From: Nitrospirales bacterium
Lineage (GTDB): Bacteria > Nitrospirota > Nitrospiria > Nitrospirales > UBA8639
Reading direction: 5' to 3'
Assembly (NCBI GenBank): GCA_963422365.1
Contig: OY729426.1
Location: 800,001 to 864,000, forward strand
DNA: 64,000 bases
How positions within the stretch are numbered: the first letter of the stretch is position 1; the number at the start of each line of letters is the position of its first letter. Of the stretch, positions 18,563 to 27,916 are shown one piece after another. A model generated the notes under the pieces. That model saw only the letters and a list, made by a program, of their open reading frames with translations, did not search any database and was not told the origin of the DNA. Both the position numbers and the translations under genes were made by a program.

Positions 18563-19219
18563 TTACCGAGACGTGCGCACGCCGACTCTCTTGCAGTATT
18601 GGCTCACCGGGCACTGGCTACAAAAAGGGGAAACGGGGCGACAGAGGTGTTGCCCGAAGGGGACCAGCCAGTCGTTATAGGTGATCCAATATTTTGCGGG
18701 AAGTTTGTTCCGAAGTGCGCGTTCGGTTTCCTCAGGAGTCCTGGTCTGAACATAGCCCCACCGGTTACTGATTCGGTGAACGTGGATATCCACGCAAATC
18801 CCAGGTTTTCGATATCCGACGGTCACCACCAAATTGGCCGTCTTGCGTCCGACGCCCTTCAACGTTAAGAGTTCTTCAATCGTATCTGGAACCCGTCCTC
18901 CAAAGTCCTGGAGAAGGCTTTGGCAAATCGCTCGAATCTGCTTGGTTTTGTTTTTGTAAAATCCCACCGGATAGATGGCTTTCTCTATCGTTTTCATGGA
19001 TAGCGCATGCATGTGCTCTGGCGTGTCGGCTAACTTGAATAACCGTTGGCTGGCTTCGGATGTGGGTTGATCTTTGGTGCGGAGACTCAGAAGACAGGCA
19101 ATCAAAATACGGAAGGGGTCACGAGTTTCCCTGGCCACGACACCAAGCACCGGTTCTTCCCAGCGGCGAATGGTGCGTTTGACTCTGGAGACGACCGCGT
19201 GAATATGGACATCACGCAT
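18563..19219 (-). CDS. nth: Endonuclease III
   Basis: HhH LKGVGRKTANLV, VDIHVHRISNR and FCL motif CRPVSPFCSQCPVSQYC. Confidence 0.95.
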   Translation of the reverse strand: MRDVHIHAVVSRVKRTIRRWEEPVLGVVARETRDPFRILIACLLSLRTKDQPTSEASQRLFKLADTPEHMHALSMKTIEKAIYPVGFYKNKTKQIRAICQSLLQDFGGRVPDTIEELLTLKGVGRKTANLVVTVGYRKPGICVDIHVHRISNRWGYVQTRTPEETERALRNKLPAKYWITYNDWLVPFGQHLCRPVSPFCSQCPVSQYCKRVGVRTSR

Positions 19220-19276
19220 TGAAGATTGTTAACCGTGGAACACGAAGAGATAAAAGGAAGACATGCGCAGGGGGCT

Positions 19277-19471
19277 TTATCGAAAAGATCGCTTGGCCAA
19301 CCATTTTTGTCGTCGCCGAGTAGCCTCTCGCTCTTTTGCTTTCCGCTTCACACTCGGCTTTTCGTAAAAACGTCGGCGCTTCAACTCACGGAACAAACCA
19401 TCGGCTGCGAGTTTTTTCTTCGCAACACGAAGAGCTTTCTCGACATTGTTGTTCACAACCTTGATTTCCAT
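19277..19471 (-). CDS. rpsU: 30S ribosomal protein S21
   Basis: VEKALR..KKK...ELKRRRFYEKPSVKRK. Confidence 0.95.
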   Translation of the reverse strand: MEIKVVNNNVEKALRVAKKKLAADGLFRELKRRRFYEKPSVKRKAKEREATRRRQKWLAKRSFR

Positions 19472-19902
19472 TGTACCTCGTGATGGGTAGAATTTCCTGC
19501 TTTCTCACTATAGCGTATCTTTTACAAAAGGTAGCATATTTGTCCAGCGAGAGACAAGTTTGTCTCTAAGAACCTGACTAGCTCAAAAAAATATACATTA
19601 CCTCATGGCGCAGAACGGCGGGTACGTCAGCTGCGCACCGGTGCCGTGCTTGACGATTTGCGGCGTACATCTGCAATATCCCGCTCACGTCATCCTCCAC
19701 CATGGACCACGCAGCGTTCACCGCCTCGTCGCACACTCGACCACGTCAGGCCTCACCTCGACGACCTCACCCGAGCCGGTTTGGCCCATGCTGCACACGC
19801 CCACGACGAACTCGAAGTGCTCGGCTGGCGAAGAACCCGCCATATTGACCTTGTTGAAAACACTCGATATCGTATCAACTAGCTCTTGCGAGCAACCTGC
19901 GA

Positions 19903-21291
19903 TCAGGCTTCTTTGAGGGCAGCGATTATATCTAACACCATCTTTTTTCCGTCGCCAAACAGCATGAGGGAATTGTCTAACGCAAACAGCGGGTTCGGGA
20001 TCCCTGCGAACCCGGGGCTTAAACTCCGTTTGATAACCACCACGGTTTTCGCCTTATCCACGTCGATGATCGGCATGCCGGCAATGGGACTCGATGGATC
20101 GGTCCTGGCCAAAGGGTTGACCACGTCATTCGCGCCGATGATCAGGGCCACGTCGATTTGATCGATATAGGGATTAATGTCATCCATATCCTTGAGGGCC
20201 TCATAGGGCACATCGGCTTCGGCTAACAGAACGTTCATGTGACCTGGCATCCGACCGGCGACGGGATGAACGGCGTATTCCACCTCAATGCCACGTTCGC
20301 TGAGGAGAGAGGCGAGGCTGGCAAGAGGGTGTTGGGCTTGTGAGACCGCCATGCCATAGCCTGGAACAATGGCGACTCGTCGAGCGGCATCGAAGAGCAG
20401 TGCGACTTCCTCCGGCGAGGTGGACGTTACCCTGCCGGCGTAGACTTCGTCTGCACTGGCGCTTTCACCCGTCGGTCCCAATACGCCAAAGAGGACATTG
20501 GTCAGTGACCGATTCATGGCTTTGCACATGATTTGTGTCAGGATCAGTCCTGACGCACCGACCAGGGATCCGGTAATGATTAAGACATTATTGGACAAGA
20601 CAAATCCGGTTGCGGCAGCCGCTAATCCGGAGTAGGAGTTTAAGAGCGCGACCACGACGGGCATATCGGCTCCACCGACCGGAATGACAAGCAGGACTCC
20701 AAGGGCAGACGCCACAAGCACCAATAACCCGTAGAGAAGGATATTGGTGGGGTCGATGATCACGCCCGCGCTTAACGCAATGGCAAGAATCGCCAACACG
20801 GCATTAATGACGTGTTGGCCTGAAAACAAGACGGCATGTTCATGAATGAGGCCTCTGAGTTTTCCAAAGGCCACCAGGCTTCCCCAAAACGTGACGGCTC
20901 CGATCAGCCCGGAGGCTGCAGTGGCCACAGAAATCTGAACGAAAGGGACTCCGTCGTGGAGGGTGCTTTCTATCAAGGCGGCACCTGCCACCAACACCGA
21001 GGCAATGCCGCCAAACCCGTTAAACAACGCCACGAGTTCCGGCATGGCCGTCATTTGGATTTTTACGGCTAAGATGGCTCCTATCGCTGCCCCGATGATG
21101 ATCCCGATGAGGATGACTTCGAAGCCGACGATGTTTTGATTCGCGAGAGTAATGACGATGGCGAGCAACATGCCGCATGCACCGAGCAGGTTACCTCGAA
21201 CGGCGGTACGGGGGTGGGTCAGCCCCTTCAGGCCGAAAATAAAGAGCATGGCGGCAACGAGGTACCCTCCATTCATGAGTAAATCGGTCAT
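19903..21291 (-). CDS. pntB: NAD(P) transhydrogenase beta subunit
   Basis: MTAMPELVALFNGFGG, GGADMPVV, VPGYGMAV, HPVAGRMPGHMNVLLAEA and GANDVVNP motifs. Confidence 0.98.
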   Translation of the reverse strand: MTDLLMNGGYLVAAMLFIFGLKGLTHPRTAVRGNLLGACGMLLAIVITLANQNIVGFEVILIGIIIGAAIGAILAVKIQMTAMPELVALFNGFGGIASVLVAGAALIESTLHDGVPFVQISVATAASGLIGAVTFWGSLVAFGKLRGLIHEHAVLFSGQHVINAVLAILAIALSAGVIIDPTNILLYGLLVLVASALGVLLVIPVGGADMPVVVALLNSYSGLAAAATGFVLSNNVLIITGSLVGASGLILTQIMCKAMNRSLTNVLFGVLGPTGESASADEVYAGRVTSTSPEEVALLFDAARRVAIVPGYGMAVSQAQHPLASLASLLSERGIEVEYAVHPVAGRMPGHMNVLLAEADVPYEALKDMDDINPYIDQIDVALIIGANDVVNPLARTDPSSPIAGMPIIDVDKAKTVVVIKRSLSPGFAGIPNPLFALDNSLMLFGDGKKMVLDIIAALKEA

Positions 21292-21294
21292 GAC

Positions 21295-21576
21295 TTAGGA
21301 TCTCTTTTTGAACATTTCCAGCATGCGATTGGTCACCATAAAGCCGCCGACGACATTCACGGTCGCAAAGACCACAGCCAGACCCCCAAGCATGGTCGTC
21401 AAAACTGTTTGTTGGGTGCCTGCAGACAGAATGGCTCCGACGAGCGTAATACCTGAGATGGCGTTTGCTCCCGACATGAGTGGGGTATGAAGGGTGGGAG
21501 GAATTTTGGTGATAATTTCAAAGCCCACGAATATTGCCAGGACAAAAATCGTCATGCCGGAAATGAACATCTCCAT
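21295..21576 (-). CDS. pntAB: NAD(P) transhydrogenase alpha subunit part 2 (membrane)
   Basis: PPTLHTPLMSGANAISG and NVVGGFMVTNRMLEMF motifs. Confidence 0.95.
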   Translation of the reverse strand: MEMFISGMTIFVLAIFVGFEIITKIPPTLHTPLMSGANAISGITLVGAILSAGTQQTVLTTMLGGLAVVFATVNVVGGFMVTNRMLEMFKKRS

Positions 21577-21579
21577 GGC

Positions 21580-22758
21580 TTAACTCTTCTCTCCTCGCCT
21601 GCCTGCGGGAGGGCTTAAGATTTCACGGATTTGGGGATGAACAATTTCTCCATCACACGTCAAGAGGGTTCCCTTGGTGATTTCGTCTTCTCTCTCAATC
21701 GTGACCTCGCCTTTTTTCACCAAATGAAGCAAGAAGGTGGCCATGTTTTTGCTATACAGTTGGCTGGCGTGATAAGGAACCAATGAAGGAAGATTTTCAG
21801 TTCCAATAATGGTGACCCCCTTGGTCACCACCGTCTGGTTGGCTTGGGTTAATTCACAATTTCCGCCTCGTTCGGCGGCTAAATCGATAATCACCGATCC
21901 AGGAGACATGCCGGCCACCATCTCGGCCGTAATCAGGATGGGAGCCTTTTTCCCTGGAACGGCCGCGGTGGTAATCACCACGTCACTTGACGCGATGACT
22001 TTGGTGAGCAGATCTCGCTGGCGTTGATAAAACTCTTCATCCTGAGCTTTGGCATACCCTCCCTTGTCTTCCGCCTCTTGCGTCTCCAAGGGGAGATCCA
22101 CAAACTTGGCCCCAAGGCTGAGGATTTGCTCTTTGACGGCTGGTCGAACGTCATAGGCCTCCACTGAGGCACCCAGCCGGCGTGCCAGTGAAATCGCCTG
22201 CAGTCCGGCAACGCCCGCGCCGATAATCAAGACCTTGGCTGGGGCTACGGTTCCGGCTGCCGTCATCAGCATGGGAAACATTTTCGGCAGCGCATCAGCG
22301 GCCATGAGCACGGCCTTGTACCCGGCCACGGTTCCCATTGACGAGAGGACGTCCATGCTTTGGGCGCGGGTGATTCGCGGCATCAATTCCATGGCAAAGG
22401 CTCGGACTTGTCGGGTCGTCAACTGCTGGATGCTTTGGGGATTGGAAAGAGCCTCAGCCACCCCGACAATGATTTGATCGTGTTGCATCAAGGGCAGATC
22501 GGTCTTGCCTTGTTCAGGATTCGCACCCAACATTCTGACTTGGGCAATGATGTGGGCGTGTTCAAAAAGTTGCTGGCGTGAGGCGACGATGACGCCTCCT
22601 TTCTCGGTATAGGCGGCATCAGGGTATCCTGACTCTACTCCCGCCCCGATTTCAATCTGCACGTCCATTCCTCCCTTTTTCAAAGAAGGAAGGATTGCGG
22701 GAATGAGGGCAACCCGCTTTTCGTCAGGATAGGTTTCTTTAGGAACACCGATGATCAT
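21580..22758 (-). CDS. pntAA: NAD(P) transhydrogenase alpha subunit part 1
   Basis: IGVPKE, PRITRAQSMDVLSS, GAGVAGLQA and DLAAERGGNC motifs. Confidence 0.97.
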   Translation of the reverse strand: MIIGVPKETYPDEKRVALIPAILPSLKKGGMDVQIEIGAGVESGYPDAAYTEKGGVIVASRQQLFEHAHIIAQVRMLGANPEQGKTDLPLMQHDQIIVGVAEALSNPQSIQQLTTRQVRAFAMELMPRITRAQSMDVLSSMGTVAGYKAVLMAADALPKMFPMLMTAAGTVAPAKVLIIGAGVAGLQAISLARRLGASVEAYDVRPAVKEQILSLGAKFVDLPLETQEAEDKGGYAKAQDEEFYQRQRDLLTKVIASSDVVITTAAVPGKKAPILITAEMVAGMSPGSVIIDLAAERGGNCELTQANQTVVTKGVTIIGTENLPSLVPYHASQLYSKNMATFLLHLVKKGEVTIEREDEITKGTLLTCDGEIVHPQIREILSPPAGRRGEKS

Positions 22759-22966
22759 GTTTTCATCACGAGAAAATATCGTATCGCGCCTGCATGAAAA
22801 AGAATCGATTTTAAAAAAGCAGAATTAATTACCATAAATATTTCATCAGAATCAATGAGTTTTTGTGTGTTGGAGGTAAACAGGTCGGGTTGGAACAGTC
22901 AGAAGGGGATTGTAGCCTGAATTTCGCACGTCTCGCTACGACGAGGTGTGAGAAATCCAATCCAGG

Positions 22967-24271
22967 CTAGGCGCCGTAGAGTGTTTCCACTATGTGGCTG
23001 GTTTGAAAAAGCAACGCGTGCAGCCGCGTATAGCAAGCATGGCCGAAGAGGTGCTCCTGAGGGGACAAGTCTGTCGCCCCATAATCAATTAATAGGCACT
23101 CCCCATCGTTAGGGCAACGGGTTACCCGTCGGGTGCATTCCAACCAACGTTCAAATCCGTCATACGGCTCCAAATTTTCGCGTAAGGCTTGGTTCAGTTC
23201 CTCTTCCCATGGTGAGGCGGGTACGGTATCCGTTCCCGCGACAGCAAGCTGGTGCACATAGTCACCGCCGGAAGCCATGGGCATTTCCATGATAATTTGC
23301 GGCAGCTCCATTTTGGCCAGCCAACGTTTGCCATCTTGTCGGATAGGCCGATGATTCACGATGTGGAGGAGTTTTCCTATACTATCCGTGTCCCAGCCGT
23401 ACCGAATGGGCGTGCCCAGAGTCACAACGTCTAGCGAGGGCCACGCTTCAAATTGGTTCTTGGCTAACAATCGGTCCAGTTCCTGCAACTGTTGAATCGA
23501 TGCCGATGGGGCATCCAGTTGCTCGTAATAATGGGCCAATGTTTCAAACACGATTTCACGAAGCGAGGATTCCCCCTGGACAATCAAGTTGGACAGGAGG
23601 GCCGGCAATTGGCCGGCGTGGCCATACGCCACAATCAACATGCGATCGTTGGCCTGTAAGTCTTGTTGTGTTTTGAGGTGATTGAGTTCGTGCAAGAGAG
23701 CCAAGGCCCCTTCCATTCGACCCAGATGGTGGTGCCGGGACGACCAAAGGTAGCGTTGGACGACCAAAGGTAGCGCGTGGGAATTTGTGAGTCCGTCCTG
23801 GAGGCCGTTGACGTATTGTTTGGAAAAATTTCCTTTGTCATTGAGAAGGTTGTCCAGCTGTATTTTGGTTGCTTCGTCATTGGCAAAGGGTGGCTTGCAG
23901 GAAGGGTCATGAGGCAGGCATTGAGATTCATTGGGGCGAAGTGCCGCCAGGAGAGATTCTAGCCCTGGAATGCCACGAGAATAGCCACGCTTGAGACCTC
24001 CGAGTTCATCAAGACGTCCTGATCCAAAAAGGTCTGCCCCCAAATAGGAACCATACACCAAGACGACCGCGCGGACCCCCCCGTCCCATATGCTTTTGCC
24101 TAGGTGTTCGAGTGCCTCACGCCAGGGAGGGGAAAAAGTCGGAGCCCCAGGTGCAAACGACACATACTTGGCTCGATCCCCTGGATCTGAACGGGAATAC
24201 CTGGAATGCAGAAAATTATTTCCCTGTGGCATAAGCAGGTATCCTTGTTGAGAAGCTGACGGGATTTTCAA
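22967..24271 (-). CDS. Hypothetical protein, possible alpha/beta-hydrolase-like fold; start uncertain
   Basis: 434-aa ORF with YGHAGQL, VTLGTP, HIVNHR and GHACY. Confidence 0.6.
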   Translation of the reverse strand: MKIPSASQQGYLLMPQGNNFLHSRYSRSDPGDRAKYVSFAPGAPTFSPPWREALEHLGKSIWDGGVRAVVLVYGSYLGADLFGSGRLDELGGLKRGYSRGIPGLESLLAALRPNESQCLPHDPSCKPPFANDEATKIQLDNLLNDKGNFSKQYVNGLQDGLTNSHALPLVVQRYLWSSRHHHLGRMEGALALLHELNHLKTQQDLQANDRMLIVAYGHAGQLPALLSNLIVQGESSLREIVFETLAHYYEQLDAPSASIQQLQELDRLLAKNQFEAWPSLDVVTLGTPIRYGWDTDSIGKLLHIVNHRPIRQDGKRWLAKMELPQIIMEMPMASGGDYVHQLAVAGTDTVPASPWEEELNQALRENLEPYDGFERWLECTRRVTRCPNDGECLLIDYGATDLSPQEHLFGHACYTRLHALLFQTSHIVETLYGA

Positions 24272-24302
24272 TCATCTCCCATGGTTTCGTTTCCCATTGC
24301 GT

Positions 24303-24572
24303 TCAATCACGATGACCCTCGATGACGGTCACGACAGAGAGATGGTCGGGACGAATCAGGTAGATGATTCGATCGTTTCGGAAGATCCGTTCCCGAACGT
24401 GGTCTTGCTCTCCTTCGGGGACCTTACGGCCGAGCTTGGAATAGTCGATCAGTATCTCGGTGGCGGCGATGATCTTTTCGGCAAACTGCCTGGCATGGGA
24501 AGGGGAATCTTTCGCGATAGAATTTTTGATGTCACGCAGATCAACCCTGGCACGGTGTGATCATTTCCGCAT
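24303..24572 (-). pseudogene. ParE/RelE family toxin pseudogene
   Basis: Hand translation: MRK*SHRARVDLRDIKNSIAKDSPSHARQFAEKII...LGRKVPEGEQDHVRERIFRNDRIIYLIRPDHLSVVTVIEGHRD*; TGA at codon 4, where Trp is typical. Confidence 0.85.
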
Positions 24573-24702
24573 TGCCTGGAATCTCAGTCGTAAGCGCTTC
24601 ATGCGGAATTGTGCGACCTGCCTCAATATCCGCCAATCCTTCCTCCATCTTTTGTTTGACATACAACTCATACATGATGTCATTCCACGTTGCCTGGTCA
24701 GG
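24541..24702 (-). pseudogene. 5'-truncated antitoxin of the ParE/RelE module
   Basis: PDQATWNDIMYELYVKQKMEEGLADIEAGRTIPHE, directly upstream of and overlapping the toxin; expected N-terminal helix absent. Confidence 0.75.
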
Positions 24703-24952
24703 GTTAAGAAATTCCCGGCTCGAATGTTCTTAAGCAATTGGCCTAGATCAAAGTGAAGAGTCTGCATCGTTCTTCCTCACGGCCCAATCCCTCATTTCGC
24801 TCAGTTGACCCTGGGAAAATGAGCATGATAAGTTGTTACTATGGCTTGAAACATGAGGCATTTCAAGTTGTTGAAGTTCGAAGAGAAACAACCGGCTCCG
24901 TTATCACACGAATCCGCGTGTTCGCACTCACGCCAAGCACTATGAGATTTAT

Positions 24953-25960
24953 ATGACGAAAACCTTTATCCGTATCACCATTTTGCTCTTGGGACTCTCG
25001 TCTCTCGTTTTTCCGGAGAAAAGTCCGGTTTGGGCTTCATCCCCAACCCAAGCCGACCATGTCCTGCTTTTTGTCTTAGAAGGTGTGGGCAATGACGTCA
25101 TTCAAAATGGGACCATGCCGGTTCTTCAAAAGCTCGCCCAAGAAGGGGCGGTTACCTGGAAGGCTCAATCGGTGTCTCCGCCATTCACGGTGCCGGCCAT
25201 GGCAAGTCTCCTGACGGGGTTGCCTGTCAAGAAGCATCGTGTGAATCAAGAATGGGAAACGTACGATTTTTCCCGGTCTTTTCTTCGTTCTCCTACCCTG
25301 TTTGATTATCTGGATCTCGCCGGCGGGGTCGATACCGCGCTCTTCATCATGGATGAGCGGTTTTATCAGCTTGCCAGACCAGAAATTTACGTGGATATGC
25401 AAACATGTGGGAAAGCCAAACCGCAGTGTAATCCGTCCACACAGGTGGAATATATTAAAGATTACCTGAAAAAAGTTACCAGCGAAGGCGGCTATAATTT
25501 TCGTATATTCGCGGTCCCGGGGCTCCTGGTGGCTCACCTCCCTGAACCAGCGGATGTCGCCCAAAAACGTGGATGGGGCTCAAGGCAGTATACCCAAGCC
25601 CTCCAAGCGGTTGATACGGCCATCGCGGACATTATGACGATCTATCACACGCACGGTGTCCTGGACAACACCATGGTCATGGTGACGGGCTTACAGGGAC
25701 AGGGTTCCCCTCAAGCCTCGAATGCGAAAATGGCCGCGGGTGAACACCAACAATCCCCTGTGCCTTGGCTTGCCTGGGGTGCGAATGTGAAGCCGGGGTA
25801 TACCATTCTCAATCACGTGAGTATCATGGATATTGGGGCAACGGTGCTTGCAGCGCTCGGATTGGAAACCCATACGGAATGGGAAAGTCGAGCGTTGACG
25901 GAAATTTTTCAAAAGAGACCAGAACGAAGGACAACGGGAAATGAGATGCTCGCTCCTTAA
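24953..25960 (+). CDS. Exported alkaline phosphatase/nucleotide pyrophosphatase-fold protein with degenerate metal sites
   Basis: Signal peptide; VLLFVLEG, MPVLQKLAQEG, TVPAMASLLTG, VDTAI, VPWLAWG and IMDIGATV follow the family layout. Confidence 0.75.
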   Translation: MTKTFIRITILLLGLSSLVFPEKSPVWASSPTQADHVLLFVLEGVGNDVIQNGTMPVLQKLAQEGAVTWKAQSVSPPFTVPAMASLLTGLPVKKHRVNQEWETYDFSRSFLRSPTLFDYLDLAGGVDTALFIMDERFYQLARPEIYVDMQTCGKAKPQCNPSTQVEYIKDYLKKVTSEGGYNFRIFAVPGLLVAHLPEPADVAQKRGWGSRQYTQALQAVDTAIADIMTIYHTHGVLDNTMVMVTGLQGQGSPQASNAKMAAGEHQQSPVPWLAWGANVKPGYTILNHVSIMDIGATVLAALGLETHTEWESRALTEIFQKRPERRTTGNEMLAP

Positions 25961-26408
25961 TTGCCCACATTTTTTAAAAAATAGTGCCCTCATTGTGGCA
26001 AGTAGTCTTGTCGGAAGTTTGCTCATCGGCGAAATGAGTGCGGCACGAGAATCGGTGAATCCGTTAACGCGGGAGTATGCGATTACCATTGATCCTACGG
26101 CGCTCGATCCTCCAACGTGGTGGCACGTGCCGGGCGTCACGCCTTTGATCTGGACCAATGATCCCATTACGTATGAATCCTATAAGACGACCAAGGCGCG
26201 GGAAATTCAATTAAAACCAGGCGAGTATCGTTTCGGGACCTTTACGTTCGACTTTGCGTTTCAGGTCACGTTAGAGGGCAAGTTGAATTTTGCTCACTCC
26301 TTAACGCAATGCGTGGAAGGACTGGGAACCGCCAAGCTCGTGGTTCGGTGTAGCCATACGCAACCGTATAAACAAGAACGCGATTACGGGTATCCTTCCA
26401 TTCATTAA
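25941..26408 (+). CDS. Hypothetical exported beta-rich protein
   Basis: Overlaps the upstream stop; signal-like N-terminus; LKPGEYRF...CVEGLGT..LVVRC. Confidence 0.6.
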   Translation: MRCSLLNCPHFLKNSALIVASSLVGSLLIGEMSAARESVNPLTREYAITIDPTALDPPTWWHVPGVTPLIWTNDPITYESYKTTKAREIQLKPGEYRFGTFTFDFAFQVTLEGKLNFAHSLTQCVEGLGTAKLVVRCSHTQPYKQERDYGYPSIH

Positions 26409-26439
26409 TAAGAACCATCAAGAAGAAATCTCCGGAACC

Positions 26440-27825
26440 ATGTCACAGAGCGTGCAACACTGGATCGAAGCGTTAGACGATATTGATGACGCCACGCGGG
26501 AAGAAGCCGCGAAGGCTCTTGCGGAGCTGGGTGATCCGACTACCATTGAAGCCCTCTCCCTGGCCTTGGAGGATGAGTATTGGGCCGTGCGAGTTCAAGT
26601 GGGCTGGGCGTTTGCGAAAATCAGCGGGGATATCGCCATTGAGGCCCTCATCACGTTGTTCAACGACAATATGGTGGAAGTTCAAAGTGAGGCCGTGTCT
26701 GCCATGGCTTCTATGGGGAAAGGCACTGTCCCAACCCTCATTCCCTGTTTGAAGGATGACCGATGGCGTGTTCGTCAGCAAGCAGGGAAGACCTTGGGAT
26801 TGCTCCGAGAGCCCGATGCCGTTCAACCGTTGATGATAGCCTGTCGAGACCGTGATGGTGCTGTCAAAAGTGCGACGGCTGAAGCTCTGGGGAAAATCGG
26901 TGATCCTCGAGCTGTTCCGGTTTTAATCAAGCTCTTTAAGGATACCTCAAAAATTGTCCGGGAGACCGCCGGAACCGCCCTCGTGTATATTGGCGATGCG
27001 TCCATTCCCGCTCTCCTGGAAACGTTACAGGATCCGCACTTTGTGGTCCGCTGTCACGGCGTTCGGGCCTTAGGCGGCATGACGACTGACTATCAAATGG
27101 GCCGAGCCTGGACCAAGGACGGGCGCGTGGTTGGGGCGTTGATCGAAGCGTTAAAAGATGAAGACCGAGCCGTGCGTGAAGATGCCACGATTGCCTTAGG
27201 GATTATCGGGGATCCTTTGGCCGTTGATGGGCTCATTGACGCCATGAGGGATGGAGCCGTGAAGCGTCACGCAATTGCTTCTCTCGGAATGATCGGTGAC
27301 GCCCGAGCTTTACCACCCGTGCTGGATGCCTTGAAAGGCAAGGGCATTGCTCAACAGGGGAAGCCGACGCCAGGGTGTATTATTAGCGAAGATCAGCTCA
27401 TCAAAGAAGCCGCGGCAACGGCATTGGGACATTTTCGGGATCCCAGGGTGATTCCAGATCTTATCCTGCTCTTAAAGGATATCGTGTTGAGAGATTATGC
27501 CGCCTCTTCGTTGGTGCTGATCGGTGATGCGGCCATTGAACCTCTGGTGGCCTTTCTCCATGATCCAGAGTCCTCTAAAGTTGAAAAAGAAAGCGAGCGG
27601 GTGCTGGCATTTGCTTCTACGCGACTGACGGCATCGAGCGCATTAAAGAAAACCGTGGTGGAAACTCTGGAAAAACTTGGCTGGGAGCCACCCAGGAGCG
27701 ATGCTCATGGGGAGGTGAAGGATATTGAATATACCGACCCTGATAAGGTGCTTGGGGAAGAAGGGCGTTTCGGTCCATCAGGAGACTTTGCGAGGCCAGC
27801 CAAACCCTACCGTATTGAACGCTGA
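26440..27825 (+). CDS. HEAT (PBS-lyase-like) repeat protein 1
   Basis: Repeated L.D....VR..A..ALG.IGD..AV..L units. Confidence 0.9.
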   Translation: MSQSVQHWIEALDDIDDATREEAAKALAELGDPTTIEALSLALEDEYWAVRVQVGWAFAKISGDIAIEALITLFNDNMVEVQSEAVSAMASMGKGTVPTLIPCLKDDRWRVRQQAGKTLGLLREPDAVQPLMIACRDRDGAVKSATAEALGKIGDPRAVPVLIKLFKDTSKIVRETAGTALVYIGDASIPALLETLQDPHFVVRCHGVRALGGMTTDYQMGRAWTKDGRVVGALIEALKDEDRAVREDATIALGIIGDPLAVDGLIDAMRDGAVKRHAIASLGMIGDARALPPVLDALKGKGIAQQGKPTPGCIISEDQLIKEAAATALGHFRDPRVIPDLILLLKDIVLRDYAASSLVLIGDAAIEPLVAFLHDPESSKVEKESERVLAFASTRLTASSALKKTVVETLEKLGWEPPRSDAHGEVKDIEYTDPDKVLGEEGRFGPSGDFARPAKPYRIER

Positions 27826-27916
27826 CCTTAGGGTTCTGTTCTCGTTCGGCTGAACGAGCAACGAAGATTCCAACTTCTTGTTATTCAGGAAAAAAGATGG
27901 GGAAACGAGTTCGCCT

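Noticed and set aside
24561..24563. TGA recoding (Trp or Sec) in the toxin
   Set aside because: TGA is an ordinary stop in many intact genes here; the toxin has a second stop and the antitoxin is truncated, so decay is simpler
24297..24767. Track ORFs 24297..24560 (+), 24460..24756 (+) and 24561..24767 (-)
   Set aside because: Shadow or off-frame readings of the decayed toxin-antitoxin pair
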